Shown: in pieces, positions 55,694-63,489 of the stretch | Numbering within the stretch: position 1 is the stretch's first letter | How the letters are laid out: each line of letters begins with the position of its first letter | DNA from: Oscillospiraceae bacterium | GTDB lineage: Bacteria > Bacillota > Clostridia > Oscillospirales > JAAYXM01 | Direction of reading: 5' to 3' | Assembly (NCBI GenBank): GCA_015067485.1 | Contig: SVMJ01000007.1 | Span: 16,580 to 80,579 of the forward strand | DNA: 64,000 nt | The notes under the pieces: generated by a model | Databases searched by the model: none | The model's input: the letters and a program-made list of their open reading frames with translations, nothing else | What the model was told of the DNA's origin: nothing | Program-made: the position numbers and the translations under genes

Positions 55694-57884
55694 ATAAATT
55701 TTCTCTCTCTGCAATGCGGATCTTCTCGCATACCTCGGAAAGTTTCTCAGGTGCGCTTTGTGCTCGCGCAATACAGGCCATGAGCGCATCTTCGGTTACG
55801 CTTTCGTACGGGATGCAGAGTTCCCCACCGATGTATTCCATAAAGCGAGTCACTTTATCGTCATAAGACACCGCAACGATGGGAACGCCCTGACTTGCGC
55901 CGAAGACCAACGCGTGCAAGCGCATCCCCACGATGAGTTTCATGCGGGACAAAATCCCGATCATGGAGAAGACATCGTGTTTTCCCGAAATCACGGTCGC
56001 AGGATGTTTCATTCTGCGTGCGATCTCTTCCGCGATGGGAAGATCCTTTTCCCGTTCCATCGGAATCAGAGTGGGAATGAGTCCGTACTCTTCGTAAACA
56101 CGGTCTGCGGTTTTGGCAAATACGGTGAGTTTATCATCACCTCCGCGCCATTTGCGGATAGCGAATGCGGCGCGGGGTGCATCGTTTTGAATCCCTTCCG
56201 AGAAGAGTGCACTTTCTACTGCCATTTGGTCTGCTTTTGGGAGACTGAATGTCGGGTCTGCCGCCAAAATCAGTTTCGGGCGCGTGACGTTCATAGAGCG
56301 GAGTTCTTCCAAACTGCCCGGATCACGCAATGTGATGGTTTTAACTGCAAAATCAATGATCTTTGCCGCCCACTTACGGTTTCGTGGTTTGAACACGGGA
56401 CCGATCCCAGAGCCGTACATCATGACCGGACAACCCAGCAGTTTTGCGCTCAAGATGGTAAACAGATAAAAATACAAAGAGCGCGAAGAAGTGGAGTCCT
56501 GAATCAGACTTCCGCCGCCGTTGACAAACAATCCTGACTTTAACATGGATGCCGCCATGCGGAGCGGATTGAATGTGTAAATAGAATTCACGCGATAACG
56601 CATACGAGTTTCTTTTGGATTGCGCGACATGACGCAAACGCGGATGTCGGGCGAGATTTCAGAAAACTCACCGATGAGTGCTTTGAGAATCGCATCATCG
56701 CCTGCATTGCCTCTGCCGTAAGAGCCGCAGATGGTAACGCGAGTGAGTTTCCCCTGCTCTACACGGTGGGTGTGAAGCACGGATTCATAAATCTTGCATT
56801 GTACCCCAACCATGTGTTCCAGACTGTACTCACGGCTTGCCTTTTCGAGCAGGCGCTCTGCCATATCCTGACGGACATTCGGATTTTCATATAAATACTG
56901 CAGGTGTGATGCAAGTGCATCCACATCCTGCGGGTTAAACAACATTCCGTTGACCCCGTGGTCGATCAAAACCGGCATACCGCCCACCGCACTGGTGACC
57001 ATAGCGCACTTTGCACGGACGGATTCCAACACGCTGTACGGGAAACTTTCGCTGAGAGACGAAAGCAGGCTGATGTCGGTGGCATTTAAGAAGGTGTCCA
57101 TATCGCTGATCCAACCTGCAAACACCACACGGTCAGAGATGCCAAGTTCCACGGTCAAGCGTTTTAAGAACTCTGCCTCTTCCCCGTCCCCGCCCAAAAT
57201 CAATTTGAGTTTTGGGCAAGTCTCTTTCACTTTTGCAAGTGCACGCAAAATGGTTCCGATGTCTTTGACCGGATGGAATCGTGCAGCCAAACTGCAAATC
57301 ACAAGCCCGTCTTCGGGCTCAATCCCGAGTGAACGCAAATAGTCTTCACGGGACTGTTTGGGCGCAAGGGTTTTGGAAAAATCAAGCCCGTTATAAATCA
57401 CGTGGACGTGATACGGATCAAACCCACGGGAGATGAGCATATCCGCAAACCGATCGGTCACCCCGATATACGCGTCCAGAAACCGAAGCGAGATGGTATT
57501 GAGCAGCCCATTGGTGTATTGCTTTATGGGGTTGCCCAAATAGTCCAGACGGTAATCGCTGTGCACGGTGGTAACCACAGGGAGTTTGGTGATCTTCCGC
57601 AAAATCGCACTATACAGGTTTGCCTTTGCGCCGTGGGAATGGATGAGATCACACCCGTGTTCTTTTGCGATTTCCGCTACGCGGCGAATATCGCCGAGCA
57701 TTCCGTTCCCATAAACCACTTCTACGGGAATGCCCATCGCACGTGCATCGTCTGCAAATTCACCGTCACGTAATGCGACCAGAACCACATCATCCAATTG
57801 ATGCACAAGCTGCGCCACCAGCGAGAGAACATGGGTCTTTGCGCCGCCGATGTCTCCTCCGCCGATGATATGCAATACCTTCAT
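55662..57884 (-). CDS. Fusion protein: GT4 glycosyltransferase (N) plus polysaccharide pyruvyl transferase CsaB (C)
   Basis: The first ~370 aa are GT4 (GGAKTHVLSL..., ESFPYSVLES..., GGMP). The rest is CsaB-like (ICGSYGRGNAGDDAIL, GGGSLIQD.TSSRSL.YY, GIGP). Confidence 0.8.
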   Translation of the reverse strand: MKVLHIIGGGDIGGAKTHVLSLVAQLVHQLDDVVLVALRDGEFADDARAMGIPVEVVYGNGMLGDIRRVAEIAKEHGCDLIHSHGAKANLYSAILRKITKLPVVTTVHSDYRLDYLGNPIKQYTNGLLNTISLRFLDAYIGVTDRFADMLISRGFDPYHVHVIYNGLDFSKTLAPKQSREDYLRSLGIEPEDGLVICSLAARFHPVKDIGTILRALAKVKETCPKLKLILGGDGEEAEFLKRLTVELGISDRVVFAGWISDMDTFLNATDISLLSSLSESFPYSVLESVRAKCAMVTSAVGGMPVLIDHGVNGMLFNPQDVDALASHLQYLYENPNVRQDMAERLLEKASREYSLEHMVGVQCKIYESVLHTHRVEQGKLTRVTICGSYGRGNAGDDAILKALIGEFSEISPDIRVCVMSRNPKETRMRYRVNSIYTFNPLRMAASMLKSGLFVNGGGSLIQDSTSSRSLYFYLFTILSAKLLGCPVMMYGSGIGPVFKPRNRKWAAKIIDFAVKTITLRDPGSLEELRSMNVTRPKLILAADPTFSLPKADQMAVESALFSEGIQNDAPRAAFAIRKWRGGDDKLTVFAKTADRVYEEYGLIPTLIPMEREKDLPIAEEIARRMKHPATVISGKHDVFSMIGILSRMKLIVGMRLHALVFGASQGVPIVAVSYDDKVTRFMEYIGGELCIPYESVTEDALMACIARAQSAPEKLSEVCEKIRIAERENLYAAKEILHRE

Positions 57885-58008
57885 AAACTCGCTCCTATCG
57901 GAAAATCATCAAAAACTATTGTGAAATTGATTCTTTTATTATATAATAACAAAAAGTCTCGGTCAAGCACCGAGAACCAAAAGAAGCAAGTTTTGGAGGT
58001 TTTTCATC

Positions 58009-58512
58009 ATGAAAATCATCAATGAACGCGGAAAACTCTTTGGCATCATCAATTTGGTAGACTTGGTTCTGCTGCTCGTCCTGGTTCTGGGCGTTGTTGC
58101 GATCGGATACAAGATGTTAGAGCAGCCCATCCAGGAAGTGGTCCGCACCGAAGTTCCTGTCACCGTGACCGTACGTGTGCGCGGCGCGATGCCGTATCTT
58201 GTCGATGAAATGGTCGAAAAAATCAAAGCGGGCGACCGTTTGGTTTCCGGCGGCGGGTTTGACAATGCGGAAGTTATGACCGTGGAAGCAGTCCCGTATG
58301 TATACAGCGACTTCTCTTCCGACGGTGTTGGCGTGAAAATCACCGACCCGATGAAGAGTGACGTCATCATCACCATCAAGGCATCCGGCGTGGAAGACGC
58401 TGCTATCTTCAAGATCGGCACACAGGAAGTACGTACCGGTCGCGGATTTAACTTCAAAACCAACCGTTTTGAAATTGACACTATCATAGAGTCGGTGGAA
58501 TTTAATGGATAA
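58009..58512 (+). CDS. DUF4330 family protein (single N-terminal TM)
   Basis: MKIINERGKLFGIINLVDLVLLLVL is the typical DUF4330 start. It co-occurs with CsaB and O-antigen-ligase-like genes. Confidence 0.6.
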   Translation: MKIINERGKLFGIINLVDLVLLLVLVLGVVAIGYKMLEQPIQEVVRTEVPVTVTVRVRGAMPYLVDEMVEKIKAGDRLVSGGGFDNAEVMTVEAVPYVYSDFSSDGVGVKITDPMKSDVIITIKASGVEDAAIFKIGTQEVRTGRGFNFKTNRFEIDTIIESVEFNG

Positions 58513-60100
58513 ACTGTTACGTAATTGCTTGATTGCAAAAGTCATTTTTGCGTTCCAGAAAGCCTATCAGTTCAGTTTCGCCAAGCGGTTTGCAGATTGG
58601 TTCAAGTTCCTTTTTGAGCACTCCAAAACGCGGCGAATCTTGCGGAGATTCTTACTCCGTCCCTCGTCTTTGGTATACTCCCGTTACTACCGTGTGCTGG
58701 ATGCGATTAACGGACTGATTTCCCGTATTTCGGAAGTCATCCGTCCTGCCATCACAAACAGTTTGATCTACCGTGCGATCTCTTCAATCGGAAACTCTGC
58801 GACGATCAAAGACAGTTTGGTCGGGCGCGTATGCTTAAAACTCGGGGGGCGCGGATTTTTGATCTTGTGCTTTGCACTCTTCCTGCCGATCGACTGGCTG
58901 CTCCGCGATGTTCTCGCGCTCTCGTCCATCGCATCGGTTTGGGACGAACTGCTCATGATTGCAAGTCTCGGCTACATCGGTTGGCGGATGCTCATCACAA
59001 AAGGTGCGCGTGTGAAACCCCGCGCAACACCGCTCGATGCTCCGCTTCTGTTTTTCCTTGCGGTGTCGGTATTCCTGCTTTGTGCGGTCTCTCCGCATCT
59101 CGGGATCGCGATCTCGGGTTGGCGTGCGGTGTGTCAGCAAATGTTGTGGTTCTTCGTACTCATCCGCTTGATTGAAGATGAACATGATCTGAATGTTTTT
59201 TACTATGCATTCTGCACCATGTGTGTCCTGATTGCATTCCACGGGATTTATCAGTACATCATCGGTGTTGAGATCCCGGCAGGCTGGGTCAGCCAATCCG
59301 AAGTTGGCGTGCGCACCCGCGCATTCTCCATCATCGGAAGCCCCAATATCATGGGGTCTTTGATGGTCATGGGCGCACCCGCGCTTGCCGCACTCGCCTA
59401 TCACAAGGAAAAACCGCTTTGGTTCAAACTCATGTGCTGGGCAGGCGTCATGGTCATCTGTGTTGCGACTTTGGTCACCTTCTCACGCGGTGCTTGGTTC
59501 GGGCTCGCCATTGCGGCGACCTTGTTCTTCCTGCTCCGCGACCGTAAGATGGTTCTGTTCCTGCTTCTTGGTGTAGTGGTCGTATTACTGTTTGTCCCGG
59601 AAGTGGCGAACCGTATTCTCTACCTGTTCACCCCCGAATTCCAGGCGGCAACCAATACGGGCGGTCGTGCAGAGCGTTGGGCGATCGGTCTCTCCCTGCT
59701 CCACAACAGCAACTCGTGGCTGGGATTCGGACTGGGCCGTTTCGGTGGCGCGATTGCGATGCAAAACAAAATCATCGAGGGGCTCAAGTACTTCTATCTT
59801 GATAACTACTATCTCAAAACCATGGTGGAAATGGGATATATCGGAATCTCTGCATACATCCTGTTGCTTGTCTCCACCATCGTATGTTCCGCACGCACCA
59901 TCTTTAAGCGTCATTCCGACCGCTTGCAAACCCGTGCGATCGGTCTGCTTTGCGGCATGATCGGTGTGTTGGCGCACTGCTACTTCGAAAACATCTTCGA
60001 AGAGCCGTATATGGCGGCGTATTTCTGGGGCTTTGCGGCAATCATCATGTTTCTTGGCTTTCGCAGAAAGAAATGTTCCGTTACAACCGAAACCGAATAA
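58505..60100 (+). CDS. O-antigen ligase / polymerase family membrane protein (Wzy_C-like)
   Basis: At least 10 TM segments, with an FSRGAWFGLAIA loop region characteristic of O-antigen-ligase-like proteins. Confidence 0.75.
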   Translation: MDKLLRNCLIAKVIFAFQKAYQFSFAKRFADWFKFLFEHSKTRRILRRFLLRPSSLVYSRYYRVLDAINGLISRISEVIRPAITNSLIYRAISSIGNSATIKDSLVGRVCLKLGGRGFLILCFALFLPIDWLLRDVLALSSIASVWDELLMIASLGYIGWRMLITKGARVKPRATPLDAPLLFFLAVSVFLLCAVSPHLGIAISGWRAVCQQMLWFFVLIRLIEDEHDLNVFYYAFCTMCVLIAFHGIYQYIIGVEIPAGWVSQSEVGVRTRAFSIIGSPNIMGSLMVMGAPALAALAYHKEKPLWFKLMCWAGVMVICVATLVTFSRGAWFGLAIAATLFFLLRDRKMVLFLLLGVVVVLLFVPEVANRILYLFTPEFQAATNTGGRAERWAIGLSLLHNSNSWLGFGLGRFGGAIAMQNKIIEGLKYFYLDNYYLKTMVEMGYIGISAYILLLVSTIVCSARTIFKRHSDRLQTRAIGLLCGMIGVLAHCYFENIFEEPYMAAYFWGFAAIIMFLGFRRKKCSVTTETE

Positions 60101-60132
60101 AAAACAGACCTCATTTTGAGGTCTGTTTTTTT
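60099..60132. terminator. Bidirectional terminator
   Basis: AACAGACCTC / GAGGTCTGTT stem flanked by A and T runs. Confidence 0.75.
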
Positions 60133-61063
60133 ATTCAAACACGGTATAGATTTTCTTTTTATCGCACACAGGCGGTGAGTATTCCCAAAGATCCAGATGC
60201 CCGCGTGTGATGAAGTAATCATTCTGTGTGAGTTGTGCGCCTTGGTCTTTTCCGAACACATCGATCACGATGAGTTTGATCTTCATTTTCTCTTCGGTGA
60301 TGTTCTTGATAAAGACCGATACCGCATCGCCCACTTCCAGTCCGTCCCGCTTTTCTGCAAGTCCGGAAAGGTTGGGTGCCAGTTCAATGAACACCCCGTA
60401 ATCTTCAATCCCACGGACGATGCCGCGCACGGTCTGCCCCACTTCGAACTTTGCGGCATTTTCCGCCCAAGTCCCCAAAAGTTCCCGCTGTGAGAGAGTG
60501 ATACGGTGTAAAGTTTGATCCACCTGCCGCACCACCGCGAAGATTTCCTGCCCGACTCTTAGGCGGTCTTTTGGATGTGAAATGCGCGAGACCGAGAGAT
60601 TTTCGATCCCAATAAGCGCGATGTTGCCGCATCCGATATCGACAAACACGCCAAACGGCTCTAAATGTGTTACCTTTGCGGGGATGACATCCCCGGGGTG
60701 TAATGTATGAAGAAAAAAGTTTAGTGCTTCTTCCTGTGCGGATTTACGCGAAAGCGTGAGTACACCATCGGGCGAGATGTCTGTGATGTGGAATGCGACG
60801 GGTTTGCCCACGCGTGAGATGACCGCGATTTCGCGCGTCGTGCCGCAGTCGATCCCGATTGCGGTTTCTGTGTGCGGAATCACGCCTTGGAACTCACCCA
60901 CCTGCACGACCAAGTTATGTGCCGCATCGCATAAAACCACGGGCGATTCCAAAATGAGGTTCTGCTCCATCGCATTTGACAGTGCAGAGATGCTTGAGAT
61001 CGCATTTTCATTTGCTTCGGTATGTAACAATGCCCCTTCGGGCAAATATGAATTCCGCTCCAT
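60131..61063 (-). CDS. Multi-S1-domain RNA-binding protein
   Basis: Three S1-like repeats (GDVIPAKVTHLEPFGVFVDIG, GQEIFAVV, GQTVRGIVRGIEDYGVFIELA). Confidence 0.8.
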   Translation of the reverse strand: MERNSYLPEGALLHTEANENAISSISALSNAMEQNLILESPVVLCDAAHNLVVQVGEFQGVIPHTETAIGIDCGTTREIAVISRVGKPVAFHITDISPDGVLTLSRKSAQEEALNFFLHTLHPGDVIPAKVTHLEPFGVFVDIGCGNIALIGIENLSVSRISHPKDRLRVGQEIFAVVRQVDQTLHRITLSQRELLGTWAENAAKFEVGQTVRGIVRGIEDYGVFIELAPNLSGLAEKRDGLEVGDAVSVFIKNITEEKMKIKLIVIDVFGKDQGAQLTQNDYFITRGHLDLWEYSPPVCDKKKIYTVFE

Positions 61064-61132
61064 ATTCTTCCTCCTTGCGATATTCCTGTACGGCTATCTA
61101 TATGCAAAGATGGAAGCACAAAGAACAAGATT

Positions 61133-61738
61133 TTACCTTCTGTATCTTCCTTTCAGAATCGGGCTTAACGGCTTGTAGATGAAAGTCATCGCAAGCGAGA
61201 CTAAAACCACCTTAACGGTATTAAACGGGACAACGCAGAGAATGACCAGTTTTGCAAAACTGTCGATGGACGGATGAATTTTCATCCCCATCTCCACGAA
61301 CTGCTGTGTTGAAATGGAAAGGGCTTTGCCATATGCAGGAACCAGGATGTATGCATTGATGAACGCACCCAAAACCACCATGCACACTCCACCGACCATC
61401 ATGCCGAGAATGGCATTTTTCTTCGTTTTGTTTCGCTTGTAAATGATGCTTGCAGGGAACACAAATGCAATTCCTATCAAGAAGTTTGCAAACTCACCCA
61501 CGCCCATCGTAATTGTTCCGTTGATCAAGAGATTAAGCAATACTTTCATAAACTCAATGACAACACCTGCAAGCGGCCCCAATGCAAACGCGCCGAGCAG
61601 AACCGGGATTTCGCTGAAGTCCAACTCATAAAATGGCGGTGCGATAAACGGAAGCGGAAATTCAAACAACATTAAAACAACCGCAACTGCCGAGAGCATC
61701 GCCACTTTTACCAACCAATCTACTTTTTTTGTCATCAT
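61133..61738 (-). CDS. ribU: ECF transporter S component, riboflavin-specific (RibU)
   Basis: Six-TM S-component profile, directly downstream of an FMN riboswitch. The start is probably the second ATG, at 61735. Confidence 0.8.
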   Translation of the reverse strand: MMTKKVDWLVKVAMLSAVAVVLMLFEFPLPFIAPPFYELDFSEIPVLLGAFALGPLAGVVIEFMKVLLNLLINGTITMGVGEFANFLIGIAFVFPASIIYKRNKTKKNAILGMMVGGVCMVVLGAFINAYILVPAYGKALSISTQQFVEMGMKIHPSIDSFAKLVILCVVPFNTVKVVLVSLAMTFIYKPLSPILKGRYRR

Positions 61739-61751
61739 TTTTACCTCCTAA

Positions 61752-61790
61752 AAAACAAAAAACACCTCGGATACAACGTAAACCGAGGCG
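61752..61790 (-). terminator. Riboswitch expression-platform terminator
   Basis: Minus strand reads CGCCTCGG-TTTACGTTGTAT-CCGAGGTG followed by TTTTTTGTTTTTT. Confidence 0.7.
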
Positions 61791-61814
61791 TACCACAACA
61801 ATCTCTGCTGCGAA

Positions 61815-61957
61815 AATCTCTTCTCTCATCCGGACTATACCGTCGGCATTGGACTCTCACCAATTCAACTGCACTCTCGCGCAGGTCGCGGGCTGACCGA
61901 AAAAACGGATCACCGCCGGTGGGGAATTCCACCCCGCCCCGAAGACATTGTCTTTAC
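61815..61957 (-). promoter_or_regulatory. FMN riboswitch (RFN element)
   Basis: Minus strand reads CUUCGGGGCGGGGUGGAAUUCCCCACCGGCGGU...AGCCCGCGACC...GGUGAGAGUCCAAUGCCGACGGUAUAGUCCGGAUGAGAGAAGAG. This matches the conserved RFN core segment by segment. Confidence 0.9.
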
Positions 61958-61964
61958 GTTTCCT

Positions 61965-61993
61965 ATTGTACGCCATCTCCAAAAAAAATGCAA
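61965..61993 (-). promoter_or_regulatory. Promoter of the FMN riboswitch-ribU unit: TTGCAT, 17 nt, TACAAT
   Basis: On the minus strand the -35 is at 61993-61988 and the -10 at 61970-61965. Confidence 0.55.
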
Positions 61994-62012
61994 CCTATTT
62001 CTGAAATTTATC

Positions 62013-62041
62013 TTGACAATTCGGTTTCGATTCACTATAAT
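62013..62041 (+). promoter_or_regulatory. Consensus promoter of tRNA-Leu: TTGACA, 17 nt, TATAAT
   Basis: TTGACA at 62013-62018 and TATAAT at 62036-62041, 28 nt upstream of the tRNA 5' end. Confidence 0.7.
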
Positions 62042-62069
62042 AATGTTTGTTGTTTGGAAAACATCATAT

Positions 62070-62154
62070 GCGAGTGTGCTGGAATCGGCAGACAGGCACG
62101 TTTGAGGGGCGTGTGTCTTATGGCGTACGGGTTCAAGTCCCGTCACTCGCACCA
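62070..62154 (+). tRNA. tRNA-Leu (anticodon GAG), CCA encoded
   Basis: Manual fold. Acceptor GCGAGTG/CACTCGC; D arm CTG-GAATCGGCAGA-CAG; anticodon stem CACGT/GCGTG with loop TT-GAG-GG. Long variable arm; T arm ACGGG-TTCAAGT-CCCGT; then A-CCA. Confidence 0.9.
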
Positions 62155-62198
62155 AAAAGAAACGACAATTTTCGACAGGAAGTTGTCGTTTCTTTTTG
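62155..62198 (+). terminator. Terminator after tRNA-Leu
   Basis: AGAAACGACAA / TTGTCGTTTCT stem, 14-nt loop, T5. Confidence 0.7.
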
Positions 62199-62545
62199 TA
62201 CTATTATCTTTTAGTTCTTCTCTTTTCACTTTTCTCTAAAAATTGTCGTTTCCAAATAAGAGATAAGAGAGAAGAGTGAAAAGAGAATTGTAGTTTTGCT
62301 TTGCAAAACACTCATTTTATAAAATACAAAACCTGAAACCCTTGATTTTACGGCATTTGTAAGTAAATCCTATAAGAATATCCGCACCAACAAAAAAGGA
62401 TGGCTACACGCCATCCTTTTTTGTTGGTTTGTAACGCGTGGGGACTTGAACAGCCCGGTTTTCGCTTGCGAAAAGCAAAACAGTCCGGTGAACTGTTTTG
62501 CAGGGCGTGGGTAAAGTCCCGTCATCTCACTCCACTCTGCGTAGA

Positions 62546-62574
62546 TTGCGTTCTCGCGCTCAAGCGTTTATAAT
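62546..62574 (+). promoter_or_regulatory. Promoter: TTGCGT, 17 nt, TATAAT
   Basis: TTGCGT at 62546-62551 and TATAAT at 62569-62574, upstream of the HTH-desulfoferrodoxin gene. Confidence 0.55.
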
Positions 62575-62602
62575 GAAACCAGAATGCTGAGGAGTGAAAG
62601 AT

Positions 62603-63175
62603 ATGAACACATCAATCATCAAATCCATCCGTGAAGCGAAAGGTATGACCCAAGCAGAACTTGCGGACATCATCGGAGTAACGAGCAAAGCGGTATCCAA
62701 ATGGGAGACAGGAAAGGGACTTCCCGATATTTCGCTTCTCAAACCTCTCGCATCTGCACTCGATACGTCGGTGATTGAATTATTAGACGGAAAACAAGTG
62801 GTAAATCAAAACCGCGCATCCAATCTGATGCGCACCAAGTTTTATGTGTGCCCACTTTGCGGGAACGTCATTCACACACTCGGTGATACTTTGGTTTCAT
62901 GTTGCGGGATCACACTTCCCGCTTTGGAAGCAGAGCCGTTTGACGATTCCCACGAAATCACGGTTGAGCCTGTGGAAGATGAGCATTTCGTTACCATCCG
63001 CCACGATATGACCAAAGAGCATTTCATCTCTTTTCTCGCCTTTGTTTCCTACGACAGGATTCAATTTATCAAACTCTATCCCGAAGGGAATGCTGAAGCG
63101 CGCGTCCACCGCCGCGGCGGTGGACTGCTTTATGCATACTGCAACAGGCACGGACTGATGAAAATGAAGTTATAA
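62603..63175 (+). CDS. XRE-type HTH domain fused to a complete desulfoferrodoxin (desulforedoxin-like plus superoxide reductase-like domains)
   Basis: HTH: MTQAELADIIGVTSKAVSKWETGKGLPD. Dx domain: FYVCPLCGNVIHTLGDTLVSCCG. SOR domain: SHEI..., RHDMTKEH, YCNRHG. GAGGAG RBS before ATG 62603. Confidence 0.75.
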   Translation: MNTSIIKSIREAKGMTQAELADIIGVTSKAVSKWETGKGLPDISLLKPLASALDTSVIELLDGKQVVNQNRASNLMRTKFYVCPLCGNVIHTLGDTLVSCCGITLPALEAEPFDDSHEITVEPVEDEHFVTIRHDMTKEHFISFLAFVSYDRIQFIKLYPEGNAEARVHRRGGGLLYAYCNRHGLMKMKL

Positions 63176-63489
63176 AAAAAGAGAAACTCTTTGGCGGCTT
63201 CACATAGGGATCATTCGTCTTATGACGGGATTTCGAGTCCATAGCATCACAAAAAACACTTAGGATCCGTCAGGATTCCCTCGTGATTTTTGCTCGCTCT
63301 GAATCACGAAATCCTCGACATAAGATGCCTTGCAGTTTTGAGATAGAACTTTTTCGTGAAGACAAAGAAGAAAAGCACCGAAAATCCTGACGGATTTCGG
63401 TGCTTTTTGATGCAGTATTCGCGGAAAAGGGCATATCAAAACCGATTTCTCCCTATATGAATCCGCCCTTCGAGTTCCGCTTTTTTGTT

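Noticed and set aside
57963-58545. Minus-strand ORFs of 191 and 142 aa.
   Set aside because: They overlap the DUF4330 gene on the opposite strand. The DUF4330 reading has the family-typical N-terminus and TM segment.
63205-63250. tRNA-like T-loop string GACGGGATTTCGAGTCC.
   Set aside because: The flanks do not form a T stem, acceptor stem or anticodon arm, so it is not a tRNA.
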